Shown: one piece after another, positions 19,740-29,352 of the stretch
Layout: each line of letters begins with the position of its first letter
Numbering within the stretch: the stretch's first letter is position 1
NCBI GenBank assembly: GCA_963741955.1
Contig: CAVUKB010000007.1
Span: 448,001-512,000, forward strand
DNA: 64,000 nucleotides
Reading direction: 5' to 3'
From: an uncultured Acidobacteriota bacterium
GTDB lineage: Bacteria > Acidobacteriota > Thermoanaerobaculia > Gp7-AA8
Notes under the pieces: model-generated
The model's database searches: none
Told to the model about the DNA's origin: nothing
What the model saw: only the letters and a program-made list of their open reading frames with translations
Translations under genes and position numbers: made by a program

Positions 19740-20078
19740 CGCGAGGCTCGAGGCTCGAGGCTAGAGAAGAGACGAGAGACGAGAGACGAGAGACGGGAGG
19801 CGAGAGAGAGGCGAGAGGCGAGAGGCGAGAGACGAGAGACGAGAGGCGAGAGGTGAGAGACGGGAGACGGGAGACGGGAGACGGGAGGCTAGAGAAGAGA
19901 CGAGAGACGAGAGGCGAGAGACGAGAGACGAGAGGCGAGAGACGAGAGACGGGAGGCTAGAGAAGAGACGAGAGACGAGAGGCGAGAGGCGAGAGGCGAG
20001 AGACGGGAGACGAGAGACGAGAGACGGGAGACGAGAGGCGAGAGACGAGAGACGAGAGGCGAGAGGCGAGAGACGAGA
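19740..20078. repeat. Heptanucleotide tandem repeat (GAGACGA/GAGGCGA/GAGACGG)n
   Basis: About 340 bp of purine-skewed 7-mers between convergent genes. Confidence 0.95.
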
Positions 20079-20162
20079 AACTGGAGGCTGGACGCTCGGG
20101 TAAATCGGTGTCTGGTTCGACCGAGCCCCGAGTCCCGAGTCCCGAGCCCCGAGCCTCGCGCT

Positions 20163-21797
20163 TCATCGCCAGTCGTCTTTCTTCTTCACCAGCTGATCGA
20201 TCGTCAGCATCCGCTCGCTCCCGTCGGTCTCACAGCGGAAGAGCGCGTGGTACCACCCCTTCATGGCGACCGGCCGGTACAGGAGTCCTCCGATCGCGAG
20301 GCATTGTCCGGAGACGAGCTTGAGAAAGACCTCCTCGTACGCGGAACGGGTGAGTCTGCGGTCGGGGAAAGGAATCGTCCGCTGAACGCTGCGACGTTCT
20401 CCTCGCGCTCGGCGCTGCGGCTCCGACAGCTGGCGTCCGGTTCTCGCCCTCCGATCCACATACCGTCCGGAGGAGGTGAGCAGCGACGAGCGTGCGGTGG
20501 TGCGTCGCGAGACGGGACGCGATGCATTCGACGCGGGCCGGGAAGGCGGCCGCCGTTTCGGGCGCGATCGAGAAGGCCGGGCCACCGGATCCGGGGTCCG
20601 CTCTGTGATCTCGTCGTCGTTCCGTTGTTTCTGGTCCGGTGTCGGATGCGTATGCGAGCGAAGCATCACGCTCGCGCGCTCCCGCTCGCGGCCGGCGACG
20701 TACTGGTCGAACGGAGGCTCCTTCCAGAGAGTCTTCCGCTCCGAAGCGAACGTTCGCGCCGCGACCGATCCGGTGAGCTCCGGGATTACGTGACCCCATC
20801 GGCAGAGGCGCCCGACGTCGTCGTACGCGAGCGGCCGGTCCTCGAGCTCGAGAAGGGATGGAGTTGATCCTCTCAATACCGAGAAGAGGAGACGGAAACT
20901 GAATGCGTCGGCATGTTTGCGGATCGCGGCAGCAAACGGAGTCACCGTCGCACACGCGAGCTCCCGGAGCGTCACCATCCGTCCGTCGTCGGTTCGCCAG
21001 CGGTCGTGATCGATGTCCGACGTGTAGGGACTCTTCGGATAGTGGAAGTCTTTGGTGAGCCATCCCTTGCGCGTGGTGTGTTTTCCGGGGATGACGCCGT
21101 CGAAGCGTGGAATGCCGTGCCACTCCAGTTCATCGAGGGTATACGACCGCCACGACATCACTTCGCGAACCATTCCGACCACACACGTCGCGGCGGCGAT
21201 CATCAGCAGCGGCTCGGGTGTGAAGTCTGCGGTGACCTCGATGCGGTTTCCTCGTGGCCGGACCCCGATGCCGGTGGAGCGGCGGTTGGTGGCGAGAATC
21301 ATCAATGGAGCCGGAAGGATGTAGGCGAGAAGGAGTGCGAGAGTGCGGACGTTGCGCTCCCGGTTCTGTTCCGCTCGCGGGACGTCGAACGAGACGTTGT
21401 AGTGCGCGCTGTATGCCTTCAGCCGGATCTCGTGATCGTTCCGGCGTCCCCAACCCGTCAATGCGTCGCGGACGAACGCGATCTGTTCCCACAGCGACCG
21501 GACCACGCGCGCGCTGCAGCCGGGAGCGATCTCGACCAGCGGGGTGACGACTTCGATGACCCCGCGGTCGAAGTAGACCGCTCCTCCGGTCGGCAGCTGG
21601 TACGACGAACGGGTCCGCTCGAGCAGAGGATCGGTGATGAACGCGGTCGGATGGCCCCAGTACGCACGCGGGTCGATCTCCTCGCCATCGAGAAAAACGT
21701 TGAACTCGGCTTCCATGCCGATCGCCGGGTGCTCGAGCCACTGCCTTCGCGAGGCTCGTTCCGACTCGAGATCGAATTTCGTTTCGAGGGGCATCAC
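20163..21797 (-). CDS. PafA/Dop-like (glutamine synthetase-fold carboxylate-amine) ligase family protein
   Basis: IGMEAEF ~ PafA GIETEF; RSSYQLPTGGAVYFDRGVIEVVTP ~ [32 protein letters not shown] ~ YGCHENY; NRIEVTAD ~ RRLHVIVGD. Confidence 0.7.
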   Translation of the reverse strand: MMPLETKFDLESERASRRQWLEHPAIGMEAEFNVFLDGEEIDPRAYWGHPTAFITDPLLERTRSSYQLPTGGAVYFDRGVIEVVTPLVEIAPGCSARVVRSLWEQIAFVRDALTGWGRRNDHEIRLKAYSAHYNVSFDVPRAEQNRERNVRTLALLLAYILPAPLMILATNRRSTGIGVRPRGNRIEVTADFTPEPLLMIAAATCVVGMVREVMSWRSYTLDELEWHGIPRFDGVIPGKHTTRKGWLTKDFHYPKSPYTSDIDHDRWRTDDGRMVTLRELACATVTPFAAAIRKHADAFSFRLLFSVLRGSTPSLLELEDRPLAYDDVGRLCRWGHVIPELTGSVAARTFASERKTLWKEPPFDQYVAGRERERASVMLRSHTHPTPDQKQRNDDEITERTPDPVARPSRSRPKRRPPSRPASNASRPVSRRTTARSSLLTSSGRYVDRRARTGRQLSEPQRRARGERRSVQRTIPFPDRRLTRSAYEEVFLKLVSGQCLAIGGLLYRPVAMKGWYHALFRCETDGSERMLTIDQLVKKKDDWR

Positions 21798-22017
21798 GAA
21801 TTCCGGGTACGGCGAATTGTGTTCGATTCAGAATGAAACGGGCCCGGCCACCGGGGGGGACGAGACAACGAGTCGCTCGGGATTCAGGCCGGACGTCTCT
21901 CGAGGTGGAAAGCAAACGCTGCGCCGGATCCGAGCGGCAGATACCGCTAGCCCCAATGGCCCGAACTTCGGGGAGGGATCCTTCGCTGCCCAGCACGCTG
22001 CGCCGGATCCCGGCTGA

Positions 22018-22045
22018 GCTACGGACGTTTCTACCGCGCAGACTC
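22018..22045 (+). repeat. Isolated right arm of the 159-bp MITE-like element
   Basis: GCTACGGACGTTTCTACCGCGCAGACTC identical to 54429-54456 arm sequence. Confidence 0.75.
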
Positions 22046-22094
22046 CTGAGGGAAGACGATGGGGAAATCCGGGCTGGCCTCCGGGCCAGTCGGC

Positions 22095-22862
22095 TCAGTC
22101 GGCGCCCGCCTCGTCACCGACCACGGGCTCGTCGGTCTCTCCGGGATCGCTCTCTCCCGGATCCGTCTCTCGCCGGTCCGGTTCCGAACGGCCCCGCCTC
22201 CGGTCTCCTCTCCGCCTCTCCTCGAACGCGAATCGCGGCTGCTGCTGTTGAACCTCCATCCGGTCCTCGCTCATCTCACGCGGGATCAGGAGGATGTAGC
22301 CGAGGTCGACATGGATGTGGTCGTCGGAGGTTCCCGGCTCGTGGCCGTACGGCATGACCCACAGCTCGTCCGAGATCTCGGAAAAGATCTTCCGGAAGCG
22401 CTCGATGGAAGACTCGTCCTGGAGAATGGTGGTTCCTACCCGGTAGATGTCCGCCGCGGTTCCCCACATGTGCGGCGTGCCGAGGTGTGCGAGCTGGTGT
22501 GCGGGCGAGCGGTACCCGCCGTTGACCGCGACGTGAACGGACATCCCCGCGGCGTCTCTCATCCGCTGCAGATACGAGGCGAGGAGGCGGGTGACACATG
22601 GAACGAATCGTGGCCATGCCTGAAGGCGAGGGCTCTCCTTGATGTCGACCAGGAGGAGCTCGCTCAAGCGGAAGTTCGGGGCGAGATCGACGTCGAGTGC
22701 TTCTTCCTTCGACTCGACCTCGTAGAAGTACCTCGGGAGACGATGGCGCCGTCCATTCTTGTCCCGGATCATCTCCCCGGGACGGAGAATCGACCGGAGC
22801 TCATCGTCCAGGTCGAACGCATCGACGACCTTAAGGCCCGATTCCTCCGGAATTTCACTCAT
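22095..22862 (-). CDS. Peptidase M15-type (D-Ala-D-Ala carboxypeptidase family) Zn metallohydrolase, no signal peptide
   Basis: NFRLSEL, NGGYRSPAH, PHMWGTAAD (H-x6-D), HIHVD; Arg-rich then acidic tail. Confidence 0.8.
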   Translation of the reverse strand: MSEIPEESGLKVVDAFDLDDELRSILRPGEMIRDKNGRRHRLPRYFYEVESKEEALDVDLAPNFRLSELLLVDIKESPRLQAWPRFVPCVTRLLASYLQRMRDAAGMSVHVAVNGGYRSPAHQLAHLGTPHMWGTAADIYRVGTTILQDESSIERFRKIFSEISDELWVMPYGHEPGTSDDHIHVDLGYILLIPREMSEDRMEVQQQQPRFAFEERRRGDRRRGRSEPDRRETDPGESDPGETDEPVVGDEAGAD

Positions 22863-23727
22863 TCCGCATCCCCGCCAACGCGGAGTAGATGTCGCGGGAA
22901 ATGTCGGCGACCGCTCCGCTGCGGCCGACTTCCGAAGGGAAGCTGGTCAGGACCACGAGCACGTAGGGCTTCCGCGCCTCGGGATAGACGATGCCCGCGT
23001 CGTGGTGCACGGTGGAGATGTTGCCGGTCTTGTGGGCCACGCGCGCGGCTTCCGGAAGTCCGGCGGGGATTCCGCTCCGATAGCGCTGATCGTGGAGAAT
23101 CTCGAGCATCGCATGCGAGGCCTCTTGCGAAAATGCGCGCCCCTCTTCGATGGTTCGCAGGAGCTGGAGCAGCCCGCCGGCAGTCACCTCATTGTTCAGT
23201 CCGGCGTCGAACGCCGCCTGGTCCTCGACCCCACGGAGAACTCTCATCCCGTGGATCTCGAGCTCGTCGAGCGCCAGCCGGATGGTGGAGATGCCGACCA
23301 CGTCGATCAGGAGATTCGTCGCCAGATTACTGGAGGTGGTGATCATGTGGTACGCGAGATCCCGCACCGACATCGTCTTGCCGATGTTCCCGAAGACCTC
23401 CGGGTCGGAGTCGGGAGAGTAGTCGAGCATGAACGGCTTCTGGTCGACGATGCTGTGAAAGCGGTTGCGGACGTGGACGGGATCGTCGAGAGAAAGCTCG
23501 CCGTGCTCGACCTGACGGAAGACGCCGAGAAGCACCGCCAGTTTCATCGTCGACGCGGCATGGAACCAGGAGTCGGCGCCGTATCCCCAATGGATCGTCG
23601 TCTCGTAATCGTAGAAAGCGATGCCGAGACCGTTCAGACGATGACGCTCTTTCGCTTCGAGCACGCTCGCATAGAGAGACAGCTCGCAGTTCGCGATCGA
23701 AGTCCCGTTCGCCTTCACCTCACTCAT
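22855..23727 (-). CDS. Class A beta-lactamase-fold serine hydrolase, no signal peptide
   Basis: AASTMK (SxxK), SSN (SDN-like), HKTG. Confidence 0.88.
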   Translation of the reverse strand: MSEVKANGTSIANCELSLYASVLEAKERHRLNGLGIAFYDYETTIHWGYGADSWFHAASTMKLAVLLGVFRQVEHGELSLDDPVHVRNRFHSIVDQKPFMLDYSPDSDPEVFGNIGKTMSVRDLAYHMITTSSNLATNLLIDVVGISTIRLALDELEIHGMRVLRGVEDQAAFDAGLNNEVTAGGLLQLLRTIEEGRAFSQEASHAMLEILHDQRYRSGIPAGLPEAARVAHKTGNISTVHHDAGIVYPEARKPYVLVVLTSFPSEVGRSGAVADISRDIYSALAGMRNE

Positions 23728-23734
23728 CGCTCGT

Positions 23735-24508
23735 TCAGTCCCCGGAGACCAGCAGTACCATTTTCCACGAACCGTTCCGTTTTTCGAAAGCGGCGCGATA
23801 GCCGACCGGCTGCCTTACGTATCTGTCCCGGACGAAACCATTCGCACCGTCGGGGATCCCGATTCCGATCCATTCCTTTCCGTCGGTCGCGGTCGGGGTG
23901 CCGTTGACGATCCTGACGATGTTGTGATCGAGGGTCGCGACGATCTTCGACTGGGGATCTGCGGCGTTGAACAGCGGCACACCGCCCTCGGTGATCACTC
24001 CGTACTGAAATCCATCGTACGCCGGAGGGAAGGTCTTGAACCAGTACGGAGCCCAGAAACGTCGCCGGCCGTCAGGGGTCTGTTCGAAAACTCCACCGTG
24101 GGTGATCACGTCCTGGAGCACGCTCCAGAGCGGACTTGCGGGCGTGGACGGGTTCCATCGCTGGCGGAACATCTCCAGTCCGTGGTCGCGAGGCCCGAAT
24201 CCGAGCCGGATGTCGGATGCGAGGAACGACTCGAGCTGGTGTGCATCGTGGCGCATCACCGTGGCGAGGAGGTCGCGCCGGTAGTCCATGAACGTGGGAT
24301 CCGACGGTGCCTGGTCGACCGGCGGGAGCTGCGGACCTTCCGCGCGGGGGATGGTCGAGTGTGAGGACTGCTGGTTGGTGCTCCCCTCGTCGATTGCGAT
24401 CTCGGGAGATCCGGGCGCCGGCTGAGACGTGCCGTCCGGAGAGCGGAGCTCGTTACTGCAGCCGAGGAGGGTGACGGCCAGTGCGCAGAGAAGCGCGGCG
24501 GAACGCAT
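23735..24508 (-). CDS. Lipoprotein with a probable C-terminal SH3-like domain
   Basis: Lipobox LLGC; KEWIGIGIPDGANGFVRDRYV; ends WKMVLLVSGD. Confidence 0.7.
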   Translation of the reverse strand: MRSAALLCALAVTLLGCSNELRSPDGTSQPAPGSPEIAIDEGSTNQQSSHSTIPRAEGPQLPPVDQAPSDPTFMDYRRDLLATVMRHDAHQLESFLASDIRLGFGPRDHGLEMFRQRWNPSTPASPLWSVLQDVITHGGVFEQTPDGRRRFWAPYWFKTFPPAYDGFQYGVITEGGVPLFNAADPQSKIVATLDHNIVRIVNGTPTATDGKEWIGIGIPDGANGFVRDRYVRQPVGYRAAFEKRNGSWKMVLLVSGD

Positions 24509-24702
24509 GTCACGACCCTCTCGTCGCGAGGAGGCCCGCGGCGAAGTCGGACCGGTACCGTGATGCGCGAGCGATCCGGCCGCGTGGAGAGCTCCTCTTC
24601 CGAAGGCGAGTGGACGGGAAAGCGATCTCTGAGTACATCGGTCTGCCATCCCGAGTGCAAGTTGCGGGCCCCGGAGCGGTCGAGGAGCGAGGCGGAACGG
24701 AA

Positions 24703-25488
24703 TCAACGTTTCCAGTCGTTCAGCGACCAGTCGTAGTCGTCGAATGCGAGCTCGATCCGCGACCCGGTGAGCGTCGCCCGTTCCGCCGGCGGCAGGTAGC
24801 GGGCGACGAAGTTTCCTCTTCCCGGGCCCCACTTCTCGAAATCGTCCGCGAACCAGTTCATGATTTTCGTGACGTGCAACACGACGTGATCGCCGCTCCG
24901 TTCGATCCGCGCGCCATTCGGTCCGTTCAGAAACGCCCGGGCCTGATCGTCCAGCTGTTCGTTCACCCGCGCTCCGACGTACGCCTCGGTGCGGATCGGA
25001 GGGCACGAGCGTGCCGCGCAGTTGATCGCAAAATGGATCCGCGGATCGTGAAAGCCTTCCCGGATCTTCTGGTTCTCGATCGTGTCGAGGGATATGGCGC
25101 CGTCGCCGAACGGGACGAACGGCTTCTTGAAGACGTTGAGTCGCACGAAAAGATCCGTGGAGAGATCCCGGATCGAACGGATCGGATAATGATCGACCAC
25201 GATTCCGACCACTGACGTGTTGTAGAGATTGATCCAGTACGCCAGCTGCTCGTCGTGGTCGAGCGCGGCGACGTCGACCTTCGCCAGTTCCTGCCGGAGG
25301 GCGCGGAGCGTCGCCGCGTCATGTGCGGCGATCCCCGCGTAATCCATGCCGTGCGCGGGGTCGTAGTACTTCGTGAGGATTCTGTTCCACGCGGAGTAGT
25401 CGGGCTCCGCGGCCATCGCCGACGAAGCTCCGATCAGGAGCGAAAGCGACAGAAACACGACGACCACAATTCGAGTTCTCGAGTGCAT
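24703..25488 (-). CDS. DUF547 domain secreted protein
   Basis: LAYWINLYN, DPRIHFAINCAARSCPP, KIMNWFADDF, YDWSLN. Confidence 0.9.
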   Translation of the reverse strand: MHSRTRIVVVVFLSLSLLIGASSAMAAEPDYSAWNRILTKYYDPAHGMDYAGIAAHDAATLRALRQELAKVDVAALDHDEQLAYWINLYNTSVVGIVVDHYPIRSIRDLSTDLFVRLNVFKKPFVPFGDGAISLDTIENQKIREGFHDPRIHFAINCAARSCPPIRTEAYVGARVNEQLDDQARAFLNGPNGARIERSGDHVVLHVTKIMNWFADDFEKWGPGRGNFVARYLPPAERATLTGSRIELAFDDYDWSLNDWKR

Positions 25489-25569
25489 CAGAAAGGCTCC
25501 TTCGCTGCCGGTGATCAGGACGTCTCTGTGCATTCGATTGTCTCACGGCGGTCTGGTGACGGCGACCCT

Positions 25570-25685
25570 GCGTATCGCGCCAAACTAAATCTGACCGAAG
25601 GGTGGATCGTCGCGCCAAAAAGAATCTGACCGGCGCATCCTCTGTGGGGGAGGGTGCGATGAAGGCGGAGGGTCGACACGAGCAG
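25570..25685 (+). mobile_element. Orphan left end of the same IS family as 1244-2639
   Basis: Near-identical to 1243-1358, including the first codons of the transposase (ATG AAG GCG...). Confidence 0.85.
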
Positions 25686-26852
25686 TCAACGGCCGATCTC
25701 GTCGAGATAGCGGCCGATCCGCTCGATGCCCTCTCCGGCGCTCTGTGGATCGGTCGCGAACGAGATGCGGAGAAAGCCTTCTCCGCGTTTGCCGAATGCG
25801 ACGCCGGGCACCGTCAGGACTGCCGCCTCGGTCGCGACGGCGTGTGCGAATCCGGCGCTGTCGCACGTCGGGACCGGGACGAAGAGATAGAACGCGGCGG
25901 GCGGAGCTTCGACTTCTGCTCCGATGTAGCGCCGGGCAGCGAACACCGCAGCCTCGCGCTGTTGGGCGAATCGGGAGCGGAGTGACTCCAGCCATTGTCC
26001 GCGCCATTCGTCGCTCTCGAGAACGATCGTCGCCAGTGCCTGTGAGAACGTGGAGGCGCAGGTCGCGATGTATTGATGCGCGCGAATGATGGTGTGCATC
26101 CGCGGCTCGCGCGCGATCGCCCATCCGAGACGCAACCCGGTCATCGAGTACGCCTTCGACATTCCGTCGACGACCACGACATTCTCTCCCATCCCGATCA
26201 TCGACGGAGGAGCGGCGCCGTAGTGGATCTCGCGATAGACCTCGTCCGACACCACGACCACTCCCCGTTCCGCGGCCATGGCGGCGATCGCCCGAAGGGT
26301 CGGAGCGGCGAGAACGCCGCCGGTCGGATTGGAGGGGGAGTTGACCACGATCAATTTCGTGCGGGACGAGAGGAGCGGAGCGAGCGCCGCGACGTCGAGA
26401 GTCCACCTCTCCGGATCGAGCGGATACGGCACCGGTACGCCGCCTGCGAGCCGCGCAAGGGTCGGATAGGCGACGAATCCCGGATCGGGGACCAGCACTT
26501 CGTCACCCGGATCGACGAACGACTGAAAGACGGAGTACAGCGCTTCCTCCGTCCCGGCGGTGATGCAGATCTCGGATCTCGGATCGTAGGAGGGGGCGAA
26601 GTGTGAAGACACGAGCTGGCGCAACGCGGGATCACCCGCGTTCGCCGAGTAGTGCCACGACGCTTCGCCGGCAGCGCGACGGGCCATGTCGCGGAAAGTC
26701 TCATCCGGCTCGATGTTCGGCTCGCCGATTCCGAGATTGATCGAGAACGGGGTCGCGAGCGCGTTGATCTGCCGGATCAGAGAGATCTCGATGCCGTCGA
26801 ACCGCGATGCGGTGCGGATGCCGCTCGCTTTCCCGCGTTTCGAGTGCGTCAC
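25686..26852 (-). CDS. PLP-dependent aminotransferase class I/II (probable N-succinyl-DAP aminotransferase by context)
   Basis: NLGIGEP, NSPSNPTG, SDEVY, SKAYSMTGLRLG; last gene of the dap operon. Confidence 0.88.
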   Translation of the reverse strand: MTHSKRGKASGIRTASRFDGIEISLIRQINALATPFSINLGIGEPNIEPDETFRDMARRAAGEASWHYSANAGDPALRQLVSSHFAPSYDPRSEICITAGTEEALYSVFQSFVDPGDEVLVPDPGFVAYPTLARLAGGVPVPYPLDPERWTLDVAALAPLLSSRTKLIVVNSPSNPTGGVLAAPTLRAIAAMAAERGVVVVSDEVYREIHYGAAPPSMIGMGENVVVVDGMSKAYSMTGLRLGWAIAREPRMHTIIRAHQYIATCASTFSQALATIVLESDEWRGQWLESLRSRFAQQREAAVFAARRYIGAEVEAPPAAFYLFVPVPTCDSAGFAHAVATEAAVLTVPGVAFGKRGEGFLRISFATDPQSAGEGIERIGRYLDEIGR

Positions 26853-26864
26853 GCCCCGCTCCGT

Positions 26865-27695
26865 TCAGCGCAATGCTGCTTCGAGCGCCGTCGCCGCATC
26901 CGTCTTGTCGTCACGGTACTTCACGATCACCGGGCTCGCGATGTGGAGCTGATGCTCCTCGGCGAATTTTCCCTTCAGCGGACGCGATCCGGGAATCACC
27001 ACCGCGCCGTACGGGATCTCGAGCGGCCGTTCCTCGGTCTTGCGGTAAATCTGGCCGCGCACCGCGTCGTACACCGGAGTGGAGCCGGTGATCACCACAC
27101 CCGCTCCGATCACCGCCTTCGAGCGGACGATGGTTCCTTCGTAAATGCCGCTGTTTCCTCCGACAACCACGTCGTCTTCGACGATCACCGGAAGATTTCC
27201 GACCGGCTCGAGGACTCCGCCGATCTGCGCTCCCGCGCTCAGGTGGACCCGCTTGCCGATCTGTGCGCACGAGCCGACCAGCGCATGCGAGTCGATCATC
27301 GTTTCCTCGTCGACGTACGCACCGACGTTCACGTACGCCGGAGGCATCATCACGACGCCCGGGGCGACGAAGGCTCCTCGACGGACCGCGGTGCCGCCGG
27401 GGACGATCCGGATGTTCTCGTCTTTCCGGAAACGGCGCGCCGGAATGGTGTCTTTGTCGATGAATGAGAGAGATCCGGAGGCGAACTCGGCGAGTACACC
27501 GATTCGGAACGCGTTGAGGATCCCCTCCTTGACCCAGCTCTGTGCCTTCCAGACACCCATGTCGTCCCGCTCGGCGGCGCGGACGTTTCCCTTTTCGAGC
27601 TCGGTGAGAAAGAGTCCGATGATCCGGACCGCTTCCCCACGGTTCGCGGCCGTGTCGATGGAGGCCATCCGGTGTTCGATGGAGTCAACCAGCAT
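26865..27695 (-). CDS. dapD: Tetrahydrodipicolinate N-succinyltransferase
   Basis: [47 protein letters not shown]. Confidence 0.95.
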   Translation of the reverse strand: MLVDSIEHRMASIDTAANRGEAVRIIGLFLTELEKGNVRAAERDDMGVWKAQSWVKEGILNAFRIGVLAEFASGSLSFIDKDTIPARRFRKDENIRIVPGGTAVRRGAFVAPGVVMMPPAYVNVGAYVDEETMIDSHALVGSCAQIGKRVHLSAGAQIGGVLEPVGNLPVIVEDDVVVGGNSGIYEGTIVRSKAVIGAGVVITGSTPVYDAVRGQIYRKTEERPLEIPYGAVVIPGSRPLKGKFAEEHQLHIASPVIVKYRDDKTDAATALEAALR

Positions 27696-27696
27696 G

Positions 27697-28626
27697 TCAT
27701 GCTCCCCTGGAGGCCGGAAGAAGTTCGCATTGGGCGAGGATCTCCCGCAGCCGTGTACGGTTCGCGTCGCTCATCGGAGCGAGCGGCGCGCGGAGAAGAT
27801 CGTTCTCGATGAGATTCATCATCTTCATCGCAGTCTTCACCGGCCCCGGATTGGATTCGATGAAATTTCCTTCCATCAGCGGAAGGATACGCTCGTGGAC
27901 GTCGCGCGCCTTCCTGAAATCTCCCGAGAGTGCCGCGGAGACCATCTGCTTCATCAGTCCTGGAATCTCGTTCGCGGCCACGGAGATCACTCCATCCGCT
28001 CCGAGAGCGATCATCGGAAGAGTCCACGAGTCCTCGCCGCTGACTACGAGAAAGCCGGGATCGCGTTCACGCAGGATGGTCATGATCTGATCGAGATTTG
28101 CGGACGCCTCCTTCACTCCGATCACATTCGGGATCTCTCTCGCGATGCGGAGCGTAGTCGCCGCGGTCATGTTCGTTCCGGTGCGGCCGGGGACGTTGTA
28201 GAGGATCATCGGGAAGCCGGTCTTCACTTTCTCCAGCGCCTCGGCTTGTGCGGAGAAGTGCCGGAGGAGTCCGTCGGGCGTCGGCTTGTTGTAGTACGGA
28301 GTGATGGTGAGGATGCCGTCCGCCCCGCGGTCAAGGGAGGCGATGGCGAAGTCGACCGCTTTGGTGGTGGAGTTGCTGCCGGCGCCTGCGAGAACGGGAA
28401 CGCGCCCGTTCGCCCGCTTCACGACGATCTCGATCACCCGAAGATGCTCGTCGTGCGAGAGCGCAGGGTTCTCGCCGGTGGTTCCACAGGGGACGAGAAA
28501 ATCCGTTCCCTGATCCACGTGCCAGTCGACCAGCCTTGCGAGAGCGGCCTCGTCGATCGACTCGTCGTCCTTGAACGGCGTGACGATCGCCACGCCGACT
28601 CCGCGGAATCTCTCGTCCTTCTCCAT
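27697..28626 (-). CDS. dapA: 4-hydroxy-tetrahydrodipicolinate synthase
   Basis: [40 protein letters not shown]. Confidence 0.96.
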   Translation of the reverse strand: MEKDERFRGVGVAIVTPFKDDESIDEAALARLVDWHVDQGTDFLVPCGTTGENPALSHDEHLRVIEIVVKRANGRVPVLAGAGSNSTTKAVDFAIASLDRGADGILTITPYYNKPTPDGLLRHFSAQAEALEKVKTGFPMILYNVPGRTGTNMTAATTLRIAREIPNVIGVKEASANLDQIMTILRERDPGFLVVSGEDSWTLPMIALGADGVISVAANEIPGLMKQMVSAALSGDFRKARDVHERILPLMEGNFIESNPGPVKTAMKMMNLIENDLLRAPLAPMSDANRTRLREILAQCELLPASRGA

Positions 28627-28674
28627 CAGATCGTTCCTCCCGATTGCGGATGCGGTCGGGTTGCCGGCCCGGGG

Positions 28675-29352
28675 TCAGAGTCCCAGCAGTTCCTCGAGGG
28701 TGAAGAAGCCGCGCCGGCCCACCAGCCGTTCCGCGGCAACCACGGCGCCTCGTGCAAAGCCGGTGCGTCCGCGAGCCCGGTGTGTGATTTCTATCAGATC
28801 GTCGGCGGAATCGAAAAAGAGGGTGTGCAGGCCGAATTCGTTTCCGACCCGCGAGGAGGCGATCGGAGGTGCGAAGGCGCTGCCGCTCCCCATGGTGACC
28901 TCCTGCGCGATCCGCTTCGCGGTGCCGCTCGGCGCATCCTGCTTCTGCGCATGGTGGCGCTCCTCGATCCCGGCCGCATAGCCTTCGAACCGGGAGAGGA
29001 TTACTGCGGCGTGGCGGGCGAGCGCGAAGACCGCGAGCGCACCGAGTGAAAAGTTCGCGGAGTGGACGACCCCGATGCTCTTCTCCAGGCAGAGACGGCG
29101 AACCTCTTCCAGTTCTCCGTCCCAGCCGGTGGTACCGACGACGAGGTTCACTCCCGCGATGCACGCGGTTTCGGCGACCGCGTTGATCGCGTTCGCATGC
29201 GAGAAGTCGATGATCACATCGGCGTCGCCGAGCGCGTTGGGGTCGGGGGGGTGGGTCTGATGGAACTTTGCTACGATCGAGTGTCCCCGCTCTCCTGCCA
29301 CCGCTTCGATCGCCTTTCCCATCCTGCCGTATCCGTTCAGCGCGATCTTCAT
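28675..29352 (-). CDS. dapB: 4-hydroxy-tetrahydrodipicolinate reductase
   Basis: GYGRMG, VVGTTG, ANFSLG, ERHHAQKQDAPSGTA, FARGA. Confidence 0.95.
   Translation of the reverse strand: MKIALNGYGRMGKAIEAVAGERGHSIVAKFHQTHPPDPNALGDADVIIDFSHANAINAVAETACIAGVNLVVGTTGWDGELEEVRRLCLEKSIGVVHSANFSLGALAVFALARHAAVILSRFEGYAAGIEERHHAQKQDAPSGTAKRIAQEVTMGSGSAFAPPIASSRVGNEFGLHTLFFDSADDLIEITHRARGRTGFARGAVVAAERLVGRRGFFTLEELLGL

Noticed and set aside
22855-23727. Bona fide beta-lactam resistance gene
   Set aside because: Fold motifs are present, but there is no signal peptide and the operon context is non-resistance; cannot be called a beta-lactamase from sequence alone
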